A stretch of 64,000 nucleotides of DNA from Octopus vulgaris. Taxonomy: Eukaryota. Where the stretch lies: the NCBI GenBank assembly GCA_951406725.2, contig OX597816.1, positions 152,272,001 to 152,336,000 of the forward strand, in the 5' to 3' direction. How positions within the stretch are numbered: position 1 is the stretch's first letter; each line of letters opens with the position of its first letter. Positions 49,984-64,000 of the stretch are shown piece by piece. Made by a program: the position numbers and the translations under genes. Below the pieces are notes generated by a model that was not told the origin of the DNA, searched no databases, and saw nothing but the letters and a program-made list of their open reading frames with translations.

Positions 49984-50550
49984 CATACATGCATACATAT
50001 GTGTATGTGTGTTTCTGTAATAGAGAGTAAAAAATGGAGATATAGCATTTAATGAAAATTTATTAACTGCAAAAACCAAACATAGTCCCTTACAGCTGTT
50101 TCAAATAAGCCTAAAAGATTAAATAGCAATAATTAAAATCATTATATTAAGCAAAATCTCTTCAGAGAGGTAGAAAAAAGATATAACGTTAGGTGTTCTA
50201 TGTGTTGTATTTTAGAATCATCACAGGAAACTGTCTATTTAATCTTTTAGGCTTAATTGAAACAGCTGTAAGAGATTTTGTTTGATTTTGCAAATTATAA
50301 AGTTTTATTAAATGCTATACCTCCATTTTCTTACTTTCTTTTGAATGATTATAAACCATGGTTTATGTACAAACCTATTGTTTTATGAATATTATTATTC
50401 ACAACAGATATTAGGTATTGAATCAGTAATTCATTGGATGGTACCATCCTTTAATGAGGCTAATTTAACCTCTAACTGAATATATGTATCCACACATGCA
50501 CACACACACACACACACACATACACACACACACACATACACACACACACA

Positions 50551-50758
50551 CAGTAATCCCTCAACTATCGCGGGTGTTACGTTCCAAAAACCCCGTGATA
50601 GGTGAAAATCCGCAAAGTAGAAACAGTACTGTACTATATATATTTTATTATTGGTTTTATAATTTGTGTATATTTATTCTATTATAAATGCAAAACAACA
50701 CCACGGAGGAATCGACATAAGCTTAAATAATAAACCGCGATATGCCGAGGGATTAATA
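50551..50758. mobile_element. Tigger/pogo-like MITE
   Basis: cagtaatccctc..tatcgcgg / ccgcgata..gagggatta TIRs. Confidence 0.6.
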
Positions 50759-50891
50759 TATAATTAATCACTATAAAATTTCCATTTATTTCTTATTTTT
50801 ATTCTAAAATTTTCGTTGCGTCTTGCAACCTTTTCAATAGTCTTGACTATTGAAAAAAGGTTGGAAATTTTACCGGTGAGTGTGTTACATT

Positions 50892-51046
<155 letters not shown>

Positions 51047-51356
51047 GGTTGATGAAAGAAATGAAAGATGGAAGATACTAGAATATTTATTAATCACTAT
51101 AATTGTCTCGACCCCTCTAGCATCGATCCCTCACGGGTGGGAACCCAACAACTGTCCTTAGAGCATCCATTGGTGCAGATGTGTCTCTTCGAGTGGTAAT
51201 TAGATATAACTCGTTAACGACTGTTTCACAAGTTATCTTCACGGTTCGTGTAAAGAAAAGCAGCAAATTAAAGGATATAACTTCATTTATATAAAAGATC
51301 AATAATAATAATAAAAATAACATGCAGAACGGAAACGAATACACACACACGCACGC

Positions 51357-51390
<34 letters not shown>

Positions 51391-51392
<2 letters not shown>

Positions 51393-51887
51393 TCGGTCCT
51401 CCCGGCCTTCGGCCCGGTCTGTACGGTGCTCAATGTATTCATAAGGCACATATTGGCTTTGTCTCATTTTCTTTTACTCTAGCAAGAAATAGGTAGATGT
51501 AGTGAGGGAGAGAGACATATATACAACCAGAGGGAGAGGGAGAGAGATAGAGACATTGAGAGGGACATATAGAGAGAAAGAAAAGTCTGGTCCGGCGGCG
51601 ACTTCAAATGAACAAATGTATAAGCTTAGAGAAACTTAGAGGTTTATTAAGTGATAGGTGGAGTATTTTTTTCACTCTGCAAAAAGCAGTACGGTGAAAT
51701 AGACAGTACGTGAATAGGAGTCAATGCACCGCCAACTCCCCCCCCCCCATCCGTTTTCGGAAACTAAGTGCACAGTTACCTGCGGAATGGTCAAATTAAT
51801 CTAAACGACAGAAAAAAACTTGAAATATTAACAATTTTAATTAGTATTTTCAGCGGTCAGAGAACAAGCTAACTTTGCTTTTTATAT
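51391..51887 (-). mobile_element. short deletion derivative of the adjacent Helitron
   Basis: Shares both ends with 52101-53762 (cccggccttcggcccgg hairpin and aactttgcttttta) but lacks the helicase segment. Confidence 0.75.
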
Positions 51888-52100
51888 GGGTAATCTCTAC
51901 ACATTTTCTCTCTCTCTCTCTCTCTCTCTTTTCATTCTTTCTCTGGTTTCCCCCCTCTTAATCCTTCCTGTTGAAGAGCGTAAGCTCGAAACGTAAAAGA
52001 CTCTTCCATTCTTTCTGAGCGTTAAACTAATATAGCTGCTTGTTGTTCCTGTACCTGTCTTCCTCATTTATTTTCTGTAAATTTGAATTATATATATTTA

Positions 52101-53762
52101 CTAGTGGGCCTCCCGGCCTTCGGCCCGGTCTGTAAGGTGTTGAAATGTATTCGTAAGGCACATATTGGCATCTATCGTAATACCCATTTTCCTTACAGTA
52201 AAAGTTGTTAAAAAGTATTTAAATATTGCTTAACAACGAAATAATTTTACAATTTTTTTTAGAATATCTAAATACAAAAAGCACTACAGATAATAATAGA
52301 GAAATGTATTGTACGAAAATTATAAAACATTTGCAGAACTTCAGTATATACAACGTTTTTAACTTTTTTCTTTGGAGCATATATGAAGAGTTTCTGTGAG
52401 GCCTTCCTACTCTGGAACAACCTACATACAACTGACGATTTGAGAAACAGCCTTCTATAGACCAACAACCTGCAGTGTTAGGTCTTGGGACTTGTTAATG
52501 GTCAATGCGTAACTGACTCTCACTGGGAATTGCAATCGTTTGAAACAAAAGGGGACATCTGGGTTATTTTCGGTTTGAACGGCAGTTTTTAAAAATAATT
52601 TCCATCCAACTAAACACTTTTAAACTTCGTTTACTGGTAGAATGTGTTTATAAAACATCTTTTTCTCTTGGCTTTGTTGAGAAAATTCTATAGTTTGTAA
52701 GATATCTGTTGTTTTTTTCTTCAATTTCTGCAATTTCAACCAATCAATGACGTCTATTGAGGTGAAAACATTGTGCCGTATGAATATGTCCCTTGTTTAA
52801 GAAACAGCTTGGGTTTATTTACATTTCTCAAGATAAAAAAGATACTCTTCCCCCCACCCCTAACCCTAAAACAGATTGAAATGCAATAGATCGATACTAG
52901 AGTCATAATTATGGGTGACAATTTCATATGACACCGCTAGAAAAAACTGCCGTTCAAACCGAAAAGATCCGACATCTGTTGGTATTAGCGGTATTCTAGG
53001 TATAGATATAATGTCTCCCTTGCCACATCCAATTAGGATTTTTATTTCGATAATGTGAGACAGTACTTCAGTCACAACGATACATGTACCATTGCACAAT
53101 CTTGGCTGATCCAGGTTTCTGAAAAGCATGATGACTAATCCCGTCTTCAGTTCAAGGATGTGTGGCGGTATACTGGACGGTTCCAGACTGCTGAGGATTT
53201 CAACAGGATGATGAACAGCATCATCCTCGTCAACAACTTTGTCGATAGATTTATAGATGTGGCTACCTCCACAACCCTCTTTCTCACTTGTTTTTTCTCC
53301 CTAACCCTTTTTCTATCAGTCTCACGTATTATTCTCAAGAGAGAGAACGAGGTAGAGATAGTGAGAGAGAGAGACACACACATATACGACCAGACAGAGG
53401 GGGATATAGTGAGAGAGATAGACATAGAGAGGGACAGAAAGAAAGCAGTGGTCCAGCGGCGACTTCAAAGAAATAAATGTAATGTATAAACTTAGAGAAA
53501 GTTAGAGGTGGATTAAGTGATAGGTGGAGGTTTTTTTCACTCTGTAAAAAGCATTACGGTGAAATAGACAGTACTCGGATTGCGAGAAATAGGAGCCAAT
53601 ACATCACCAACTAACCCATTCCATTTTCGGAAAATAAGTGCACAGTTATCTGTGGAATAGTCAAATTAATTTTAATGACAGGAAAACCTGAAATATTATC
53701 AATTTCGTTTAGTGTTTTCAGCGGTCATCGTAGAAATAAATAAACTTTGCTTTTTATAAAGA
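52101..53762 (-). mobile_element. Helitron derivative with C-terminal helicase relic
   Basis: A|TC 5' end, hairpin plus CTAG|T 3' end; LFRNLDQPRLCNGT...PRIPLIPTDV/PFCFKRLQFPVR...TINKSQ. Confidence 0.85.
52562..52970. mobile_element. Merlin-like MITE inserted into the Helitron helicase
   Basis: TIR gg.t.ttttcggtttgaacggcagttttt, GG...CC ends and 8-bp TSD GACATCTG. Confidence 0.8.
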
Positions 53763-56632
53763 TATATGGACTTTACGATGAAATAGACAGTACGTGGATT
53801 GCTACTGCACGCTGTTCGTACCTACTTGAATAGGCTTTGCACGCTGTTCGTACCTACTTGAAAAGATCCGGCACATGCTTGTCCCGTATACCTCAAATTC
53901 TCTCCCTTGATATCTATGATTTTTTTTTTTTCAATCCTTGCTTTAAATCCACTTGTGTCCTATATATTTTACATTGTGCATTCACAATTTTGAACGTTCG
54001 TATAGTGCACATTTCTGCAATTTTTTTTATTATCATTTGTTTTGTTGGGGTTTTTTTCTTACAAACTCTCTAGGGGAAAGATTGATTTAACGAATAACTT
54101 GCTAGATTCTTAGCCAAGATTCGCTTGGCCTCTGGCCAAAGGAGCACTTCACGTATGGTCTGTCATCGCGCGATTACACAAATTTTACCCTCTCTACTTG
54201 TCAACGCAGAGAAATAAACTCCCCTACTCTCTCTCTCTCTCTCTGTCTCTCTGTCTCTCTCTCTCTGTCTCTCTCTCTCTCTCTCCCTCTGTCTGTCTGT
54301 CTGTCTGTCTCTCTCTTTCTCCTTCTTTCATCCGTTCTTCTAGCAGTCAATAAAAGATTAACTTAATTAGCTACAGAACGGGAGATAATCTGAATACAAA
54401 AGCATCCAACGGAATCTTTGGAACAATCAAGCCTTAAATACAACTTCAAGACAGTGTCGTTTGGAATGTTTGTGAAAAATCCAATAATAAATGCTTTCAA
54501 TTTTGGAATAATACTTAAAGGTATATGACCGCTAGAAAATAAAACACCGGACATGGAAATAGTTGTACTCTCAGATGAAGCACTGTGTAGCTGTAAAGAA
54601 TACTAGCATTTATAATTATATTTCGGGAGTACTACTGCTATTTCAAAGAATCGTGCCAAGCAGGAAGCTATTTCAGTAAATTCTTTGCAGAAGTGGGGAG
54701 TGGTGTGTGAGAAGTATTGGTATGATCACAGAAAATGCCCATCAAGTGAAATTTAAGATTATTTTCTTCGAGTGTTGAAATCATGTAATGATCCTCAGAT
54801 AATTAGGCCAAAAAATAAATCAATCTCAACGCATAAACTGTTTTGTGTTTTTTCAGCCTAATTGAAACATCGTTTGTTCCATGCACTTGTCAACATTGTA
54901 ATTAATAATCAATCAATCAATGCAAGCTTTAATTCGCAGCAGAAGCACTCACAAATTAAAGATGATATTGCTAAACAGAATGATGTAGTCGCTAAACAAT
55001 TCAGAGGTGATGCTGTGACTGCGTCAGCACTGCTTTCAGTATTCTTCTGTAGCATTCTTACTCAAATGGCGCTTAATCTCCACTTACGTCGTCAACTTTC
55101 GCTTGTTTCAAGACCATTCATCAATTTAACTCCAAACACAAAACAAAATTATTGTCAGGCTTACTCGAAAGTATTTTTAATACAGTTGCAGTTTCATAAG
55201 ACAAAAAGCATTCTACCAAATCAAAGACATTATAGAGTTACAACGCGACTTCTTCGTAAGTGTAAGAGTAAAATATTGAAGAGTGTAGTGTCATAAATCA
55301 GACGACAATTATTGGGCGGTAACGCCGATCACATTTAGACGCTTAGAAATATATTTCTGTCATACGATACAAAGTTGATTTTATGTCCTGAGTCTGGAGG
55401 AAGGCAAATGATTTTCGTAATCCCTCTGAGACCGGTGGGATTGTCATTAATGTTCTATTTGAATCTTTGCAAATCAACACACGCAGGAAACACATGAGTA
55501 GAGAAAGAGTTCCAGAGAGCCGACATTTGAGGAAGGAAAGGCAGAGAGAAGTGAGATGACAGCGAGCTTGTGGGCCAACAGTGAGACAACTCTAGTTAAT
55601 GAAGTATACCACTTTTCTTTATCGTGAGGATTGTTGGTGTGTGTTCTATTGTTGAAGACTAATCATCGATGGTCTAACTGGCTGCATGTATAATAAATGA
55701 AGCAAACTAACGAACTTTTAACATATTTATTGATGGACATGATTTACTGTATTGGCTATCTAGAAGAAAAAAATTAGATGCAAATACAACAACCGTCGAT
55801 GGGAGAAGAGAACCGGGCTGTGTCTTGTTGAAGGCTAGATGTGGTACATTGTGTGAGTGGCCGAATTCATCTCTTGCTTGAGGTGGTCTACTTTGGTGAG
55901 TTGGGGGTAAAACGGACGAATTTTAGATCATCCGAAAATCCACATCACGCTACAGCTTCACGCTAATTGGTCGTTTTATAGATCAGTCACGTGGAACTAA
56001 CTAATTATTTCGCAGTTAGGGTTCGAATTCCTATATCCCAATCCTCGAAAGGCATTTATTGCTTTCAAAAATATTAAATCGACGTAGAAAAATGCTTGCC
56101 TCCATAATATTGATAACTACATTTCATTTACTTTTGAGACAACACGCCAAACAATGTTCTAGGGCCAACATTATTTTGCGCCCTTTCAAAGACAGAAGTG
56201 CCGTCCAGTTCAGATATTAAGCCCACAGCCTAATTATGAGCCGTAAAACCCTAACCATTAGGCAACGCGTCTTCACCACCTTTCTGTACAACTAACTGTC
56301 ACTCCCTCTCCGCCAGGTCACTTGTTGTTGGCATCTATCACTCTCTCTTGCCATTACATATCTCGACATCTATCCAATACTGTCTCCAACTCTCTGTCTA
56401 CTCCAAGCAAATATGTAACTGTCCCATTACTCACTACTATTACTGTCTTTCTTCCATAAATACTCCCAACATTGTCTTTTCCATAAATCCTTCTCCTGCT
56501 ACCCTCTCATCCCAATTCACTCTGTCTCTTCCAAGAGATTAGATTAAAAGAGTTAGATCCTTTTGATTCAATACTTCAACACACTGTTGACATGTGGCCT
56601 CCTCAATAGGCATGGTATGATTTGTTATAAAA

Positions 56633-57522
56633 ACCTATTACATATGTAGGAAATTCTGTCTGTGAGTGTGTTTGTTGAGTTGTTAGCTAACTCCTCCTAC
56701 ATTGTTTTATCGATTTTGATGAAACTTGACACGTGAGTAGAACTCATGTCTGGAAACCTCATAGCGTACTCAGATTGTTGAAAAAAAATTGATAATAGGG
56801 CCCCTGGAAGGTATCCTTATATATATCTAATATATTTTATTTTAAGAACCAAGGGAAATAATCCATTCGCCCCTGGAAGGGGTCCTTATATATAGCCAAG
56901 AGAAATAACCCATTCATTTTCCTAAATTATTTGTTAAAAATTAAATTGAGTATGCTTATTTCTTAGTATTTGAACTGTTAGAGTTATTTTTGCACTTTAT
57001 CCAATACAACCCTTATACAAACAAGTAGTATTTTCCTAAACAATAGATCCACTTATTTCGGCTAGTGACTTAGTCACGAATATACCAACACTAGCGCCCC
57101 TGAGGGTAATATTCTCTTGGAACGCACAAAAGCCCTTTTCAGAGTTATTTACTTTGAATTATTATTATCTCATATCTGATTACCCTGTTATTACGTAACA
57201 TGCTTCACGATTTTAGTATACATACCTTATTAGTATTTCCTCCTTAGTTCTATATACTCTCGGAACGCATTAAAGCCCTTTTTGGGGCTACTTTATTTGA
57301 ATTCTTACTATCGGGTAACTAATCTCATGTTATTACATAACTGACTTCACAATTTGGGTATTCATAACTTATTGGGAATTCTTAAAAACAAGATCCTATA
57401 TAAGACAGTTCGGTATTCTCTGTAAATGCACAAAAACCATTTTATGGGCTACATACTTTGTATTGGTGTTATTAGATTAGCGAAACAGTTATGAGAACGT
57501 AACTACCGGGTACGTCAGCTAG
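56633..57522 (+). mobile_element. non-autonomous Helitron-like element
   Basis: 3' ccgggtacgtcagCTAG|T; 5' region ...ctgtctgtgagtgtgtttg...cgattttgatgaaacttg; 5' end approximate. Confidence 0.5.
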
Positions 57523-59180
57523 TATTATCATATTCAGTAAGATGTTTAATTTTTACCGTTTTCATGTTTATTAATTTTTTCCGTTTTGCATGATTTGTTA
57601 TAAAAATATCAGATTCAAGACGATGTTTTATCTCTTCACTTTGTATGTTTATTAATTTTTTCATTTTTGTTTTATTGAGGGCTGAACAATTTTTTTAGTT
57701 GAAGGAGACAGCCAAAAGTACCATATTTCTCGTAAAACGGGGTTGGGTTGGGGTGATAACCTAATGTTTTAATGGGGGTGAGATTACCAAAAAGTACCGG
57801 GATTTTTTTCTCTTTTTTTAAGTTTATGAAAATGATTTTATTCAATCGTCATCGCTGTCGTTGTTGTTATTGTTTAGCTCTGGGTAAGTCCTAATCCAGC
57901 AAACATTTCAAACGTAACCATTCTATCCTTTACTTATGCGCAGGGAACTGTAACTAATTACATTACTGTTATATCATTTAATCTTCGTAAAGTAGTGTAA
58001 TATGCATCATAAAAAAACCAACAGAAAGATATTATTTCTTACAGATTTTATTTTCCCGTGAATTCGACGTTAGGGTCAGCATACAAAATGTTGTAGTAGT
58101 CGGTGGTTTTACAGTGGTAAGAAGAAAATAACTATGACAAAGCTCGCACACCTTTAGTAATAACTGCGTCTCAAAGCGAAAACGACTGTTCCCTAATATC
58201 CCGAGAGGGTTTGTATTTATTCATGGTGGAAGGCTGAATGTAGGTCGGAGAAAACGGGAAGTATTTAATCCAAGAATGTTCATTTAAACAATAGTACATA
58301 TCTAAGTTTGACGGTTGACCCTCAGAATGGAAAGAATCTGGTAGAAGAATTTAGACTAAGGTTCCGATTCCTGATTAAGAATCCAAGAAACGATTTGTTT
58401 CAGAACCCAAAGCTATAGTCACATTATATCTAACGAGTCCTTTAAAAAAGTCAGTGGTGTGGGATTTTAGGGAAATTTAGCTATTATTTTAGTGAATGGA
58501 GTGACATCGTAAAGATGCCCTCGTTGGCTGCATGATGCCCTGCTATGACGAAAAGTTGGTTGGGAATTGACTACTGTGTGATTATGGTATATAGATATAT
58601 GGAACAGAATGTGAAGTCTGGAGAAGTGTGGTTGTAGTTAGTGAGGTATATAAGTGTATTTTGTTTGGGATACAACAAAAGTTTAGTTATGATGTTAGTG
58701 TGTCATCCTTTGGTGGTTCTGGTGTTGACTGGGTGGACCCATTTAGGGTGCGACAGTTACTGTTACTCTGCACTAATTTTTAATTATGCGCATCCTAAAA
58801 CTATGATTATGAGAGATATTTCCAATACTGGAGCATTTTGTATGTTTTTTTTTTCTCTATTTCTCTAGCTTTAGCACAGGCAATCGATTGTAACAATGTG
58901 TAGCAATATTAGTGATATTAATATACGAGATGTAGGGGTGTATGATATAAAGTTTCACATATATAATATAGTGAGTTGAAAAACTTTGATCACTAAGATT
59001 ATCCAAGTAATTAGTTGATAAAAATCCCTTGTATGTGTTCAAAATATAAAATTAACAAGGGCGGTAACCTCAATAGACTGACACTCAAACTTTTTGGACA
59101 CATATAGACATTTAGATTGGAGTATATTTAAAGCTAACTGGTGAAAGCAACTGACAAGTTTCAGTCTTATTAAGCCGCCT

Positions 59181-59790
59181 CATCATCATCATCATCATCG
59201 TTTAACGTCCGCTTTCCATGCTAGCATGGGTTGGACGATTTGACTGAGGTCTGGCGAACCAGATGGCTGCACCAGACTCCAGCTGGATGCCCTTCCTAAT
59301 GCCAATCACTCCGAGAGTGTAGTGGGAGCTTTTACGTGCCAGCGACACGAGGGCCAGTTAGGTGGTACTGGCAACGGCCACGCTCAAATGGTGCTTTTTT
59401 ATGTGTCACCTGCACAGGAGCCAGTTGAGCGGCACTGGCAACGACCTCGTTCGAATGTTTTTTTCACGTGCCACCAGCACAAGTGCTAGTAAGGTGACGC
59501 AGGTAACGATCACGCTCGAGTGGTGTTTTTAACGTGCCATCGGCATGGAGGCTAGCTTGTTGCTCTGGCAATGATCTCACCCGGATGGTACTCTTAGCGC
59601 TCCAGTAGCACGGATGCCAGTCATCGAATTTGATTTCAATTTCGATTTCACTTGCCTCAACAGGTCTTCGCAAGCAGAGTTTAGTGTCCAATGAAGGAAA
59701 GGCACACATAAGTGGACTGGTTACACCCTTGGCATAGGCTACAAGTGGTCTCACTTGCGCTTGCCGAGTCTTCTCAAGCACGAAGCAAAT
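59181..59790 (-). mobile_element. 5'-truncated RTE LINE 3' UTR copy
   Basis: Reverse-complement homology to 30660-31532, including the (GAT)n tail and fewer array units. Confidence 0.8.
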
Positions 59791-60724
59791 TCTGCATAGG
59801 CGGCAAGTCTGAGAGTGATCAATAAAAACATGCCTAAGAGAAAATCCCTCGGGAAAGCGTTTTCCATACTGCATACTAAAACGGTATGGTCAAGCAATGA
59901 GTAGAGAAAAACTTCCTTTTAATGTGTTAAAAAATCTAGAGACAACAAAGGTTCCTTCCACTTAGCTAATAATTTTCTTCTTGTTTTTATTCTCCAAATG
60001 TAATATTATGTTACAATAACACGTAGACGTTATGAATATCAATACAATTATTGGGTGACGGTATAAATTCTTTATGGTTCTTAGTTACATCTTCAAAACT
60101 TGCCGGCGTGCCCTTTCTATTTCAGCCTTCCGAAGGCTATTAGATGTGTACCGGTCATAAACTGAGGTTGATTAAGTTGACTTATCCCTTTCTTAGAGAT
60201 TTCGGTCCTGCAACAATGTAAGAAATCAATATTTATTATATCGATTTGCTGTCGTGAATGCAGATTTATAAAAGGGTAGCTCCAGGCAAGCTAAATCAAT
60301 GATTAAATCTCTATTCCTAGTTGTAGCTATTTTGTTTCAATAACGCTTCGATTGTTCTTTAGAAAGGCACAAACGTCACACAATCAATAATTTAATCAAT
60401 AATTTTACGGATGAACCTTAAAATAAAGACCATCAGCAAAATTATTGATTTTTCACGCAGCTCCTCTTTTAAATGAATTATTATTTTTATGTTTGCTTTC
60501 CCATACGTCGGTTTATATTGAGTCTTTTGAACATTCAGTCATGTGTGTTAATTGTTGGAACAAGAGATTTTTATCAATAATTTAGAAGAGTTAACTTAAA
60601 CGTAAACGGGAAGGCTGTAAAAAAATGGCTTCTTAAAATTTGAAATAACTCTTTCTGCTTTGACAAGAATTATCTCCCTTTATTCATAATTTTCTGGCGC
60701 ATGATAATTTCGTTTTCTTTTTAT

Positions 60725-61100
60725 TCTTTGGTTCTAAGTTCAAATCAGGTCGAAGTCAACTTTGCCTCTCATTATTTCAGGATCGTTTAAATAAAGTACA
60801 AGTCAAGTACCGGAGTCGATGGTGTTATCTTAATCCCCTCTCCTCAAAATTGCTGCGCTAAATTTAAAACCACCTTTATTATTCGGTGCGAGGGTGACGA
60901 GGTGGCAGAACCATTAGAGCGTCGGATAAAAAACCCTATAGTATTTTCTCCGACTCTTTATGTTCTGAGTTCAAACCCTGCTGACATCGATTTTACCTTT
61001 AATCCTTTCGATATCGATAAAATAACATAGTAGTCAAATGCTAGGGTTTATGTAGTCGACCAACAGCTAAAATTGCTGGCCTTGTACCTAAACCTGGTAC
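60725..61100 (+). mobile_element. two degenerate SINE copies (family of 215-465)
   Basis: gttct.agttcaaa...tcga...gcct.tcat cores. Confidence 0.5.
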
Positions 61101-62232
61101 CATTATTATTTCGCGTCTGTATTAAAGCTTTCCATTATTCCTCAAATCAACCAAATAACAAATGGTCTGTGAATCCGGAATTTTTACTGTGAGACAAGAA
61201 AAATGTATTGAATGACCAAAAATAGGAGGTAAGCTGGAGGTCACCATTAAAATATAGAAAAACATGGAATAAAGTTTCATTTCTCAGTTTAAGCTAGTCC
61301 TACGTGTCACTTTCTCTATGAAAATACTGTGGAAGATGTTGCAACATTAGAACATTCATATGTTTCTCTTGTACAAATGCTTCACAGGAAATTTATTCAT
61401 CTCATGATTTCCTCTAATTCAAAACACCGAACAAGCAGAAATTCAATTTAAATCCCAACTACATAAACTCAGTAGTGTAGCAGAGTCCGCAAGATTTATG
61501 AGTTCTATCTGACTACTTGAGATTATGTGTGTGTGCTTGTGGAAGGGGAAACAAGAACAACAAAACCTTGACCTCAGTTTCCATTCCATGTAAATTAGCT
61601 AAGTTGTAGTGAAGTTTGTTACAAGTGGAGATACTGGTTTAAATGAATATATTACTAACATAATTTTACTTTTTTTACCTGCTTCACACATCATGCTGGG
61701 ATGTACGATCATGCTGGGACATAGCCTTGAAGAGTCTAGTTGAAAATGATTATTTTGAAGTTTGGTACTTATTATGTCAGTCTGCTTTTGCTGAACTGCT
61801 AAGTTATGAAGCATTAACGGACTAACATTGGCTATCAACCATTGGGGATGTGAGGGATAAACACAGACACATGCGTGTGCACGCACACACACACTTACAT
61901 ACATAAACACACACAAACATACACTCACCACCACAGCCACAGCCACACAAACATTCACACACACACATGTAAGTATGTACTATGCACTTCAAGCATAAAT
62001 CAATCCTGGGCTATAGTAAAAGATACTTGCCCAAGGTGTTACACTGAAGGATTGAATATTGCATACAACGATGTGTGTTTTACAAAAAGACTCATAGTTT
62101 TTATCAAGTATGGAATACATAGTCTAAGAATATTGTATCAGCAGAAATTTTCACAGGTGAAACTTGTCTGTCCATTCAAGAGCTGTGTATTGTCTACAGA
62201 ACAGATTTATAATGCTGATATGTTCCATACAT

Positions 62233-62521
62233 CAGTGCTTCTCAAACTATCTGATGTGGCGTACTGGCAGTTTTCTTTTTTCCCAATGTGCCAGGGACTG
62301 GTAATATTTCTTAGTAATATTAATTTATACTGGAAACAATATATAAAATGAATATAATAAAAGTTGACAATTTTTTTTACCTTATATTTATTTTGTAAAT
62401 AATACAATATTACATGAGCATTTTATAATGTTTCTTTCTTTTCTGGAAACTTGCCGTGCACCAGCAGCTGATGGCTCGCGGACTGGCACCAGTTTGCGGA
62501 CCACCACTTTGAGTAGCACTG
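62233..62521. mobile_element. hAT-type MITE
   Basis: TIR cagtgct.ctcaaa / tttgagtagcactg with a perfect 8-bp TSD CCATACAT. Confidence 0.8.
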
Positions 62522-63387
62522 CCATACATGACATTCTTTTATTCTTTCACTAGATTGAGACTATGCAGAGGCTTTAAGAGTCTTAGTTGTTTTACTGATC
62601 TCAATACTTATTTCAGTCAGGCATTTGCTTTATTGAACTCTATCAATTGGCTAACTCATAATTCAACAAATCTGTGGTACACACATACACATGCATGCAT
62701 ATACGTTCACACACACATAGTAATAATAATGAAGATGATATTCAGTTAATTTGTGCAGTCTCCATGTATCAAACTCCACTCACAAAGTATCACAGCCCTG
62801 TGGAACAAGCTACCACAAGATGTCATTCAACTGCCCACCACTCCTCTGTTCAAAGAGGCTCTGAACAACTGTGACGACTATGTATAAAACTGTATATAAC
62901 TATAACTGTTTTTTGTTTGTAAGTGCATTGTGCTCTTCTCCTGCCAATAAATTTTATTTTATTTTATTTGACATTGGTCAACTAGAGGCTTAAAGTGAGA
63001 ATGAGCCCAGACCATGTCAATATGTAGAGGAACTGAAAGTTTAGTTAATGTGCTTGTAACAGTCTTGCAATAAAATTAATATTGGGGTTATATTCCATAT
63101 ATTTTTAGTAAGACATGAAATGATATGTTTACAAGTTTCAAGTGCTTGTTGACTTGCTTTACAGGCAAAAGTGTAGCCCTTAGATGATTTGGAGGTGTTG
63201 ATCGGTCAAATTTAAACTCTATGAAATTTAATGATGCATAAAACAGCATGTTTGCTAAACATTTACCAGAAATGTTTATGGTGTAACTCAACATTATTAT
63301 TTCTACATCAAGACTGACTATTTCAACCATATTAATAAGTGGTAAATATCAATGTAAATATGTTTTCACAAACTGAATCCTTGAGAA

Positions 63388-63670
63388 TCATCATCATCAT
63401 CATCATCATCGTTTAACATCCACTTTCCATGCTAGCATGCGTTGGACGATTTGACTGAGGTCTGGCGAACCAGATGGCTGCACCAGACTCCAATCTAATC
63501 TGGCAGAGTTTCTACAGCTGGATGCCCTTCCTAATGCCAATGACTCCGAGAGTATAGTGGGTGCTTTTATGGGCCACCGGCACGCAGGCCAGTCAGGCGG
63601 TACTGGCAACAGCCACGCTCAAATGGTGCTTTTTATGTGCCACCTGCACGGGAGCCAGTCCAGCGGCATT
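63388..63670 (-). mobile_element. RTE LINE 3' tail copy
   Basis: (CAT)n followed by gtttaacatccactttccatgctagcatg, highly similar to the 59181 copy. Confidence 0.8.
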
Positions 63671-64000
63671 CTGCATGGTATTCCATTGAATTTTTATATC
63701 ACTACAATAGTCCCATCTGTGACTAGATGTTTACTGTGTATTATACAGAGAACATACATGGCTGTTGTTGTAACTTATACAAGAGATTGGCATTACTTAT
63801 GAAAGTCATGATCAATAACTATTTTTTTTTAACCGAATATTCAGGTGGTGTGTACTTATAGTAATTGTTTGAAACTACAATGATTTATTGAGTGTGTACT
63901 TGACCCTGATTTTTGGTAGTGTTAAGCAAATGAATGACATATTTTGGTAGACTTCAGCTATTATCTGTTTTAATATCACCATTTAACCCTTAGGTGTCTT

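Noticed and set aside
53807-53862. 25-bp direct repeat tgcacgctgttcgtacctacttgaa
   Set aside because: Only two copies, consistent with a simple local slippage duplication; similar trivial duplications occur at 4907-4952, 6342-6390 and 10888-10975
55011-55030. Possible Nrf2/Maf antioxidant response element (tgctgtgactgcgtcagca)
   Set aside because: Quasi-palindromic with a half-MARE, but it does not match TGACnnnGC on either strand, and the TSS is unknown
54862-55296. 144-aa ORF
   Set aside because: Non-ATG start, no recognisable motif and no exon support
55385-55955. Possible solo LTR (also ~37150-37520)
   Set aside because: TG...CA and AATAAA are present, but I found no TSD, PBS or second copy

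Overview
AT-rich, repeat-dense eukaryotic (animal) genomic DNA. The SINE and RTE-tail families look like those of octopus/cephalopod genomes; this is recognition from memory and is not verified. The only host gene is a complete minus-strand ABCG2-like (BCRP/White-family) half ABC transporter. I assembled it by hand into 17 coding exons (46683 to 1098; 1986 nt, 661 aa), all with GT-AG borders and compatible phases. The introns and upstream region hold a young 5'-truncated RTE LINE with an uninterrupted 874-aa ORF carrying a PHD finger inside the RT C-terminal region. They also hold two full-length but broken mariners, a maT/DD37D-like relic, at least six Helitron relics, Penelope-like GIY-YIG relics with hammerhead-like motifs, hAT-, piggyBac- and Merlin-like MITEs, SINEs and microsatellites. 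The most notable non-gene structures are a near-perfect ~500-bp intronic inverted duplication with a template-switch architecture, and a 2.6-kb foldback element with an 8-bp TSD just upstream of the start-codon exon. I found no prokaryotic-type system, CRISPR array or rRNA/tRNA gene, and I cannot claim a definitively new biological system.
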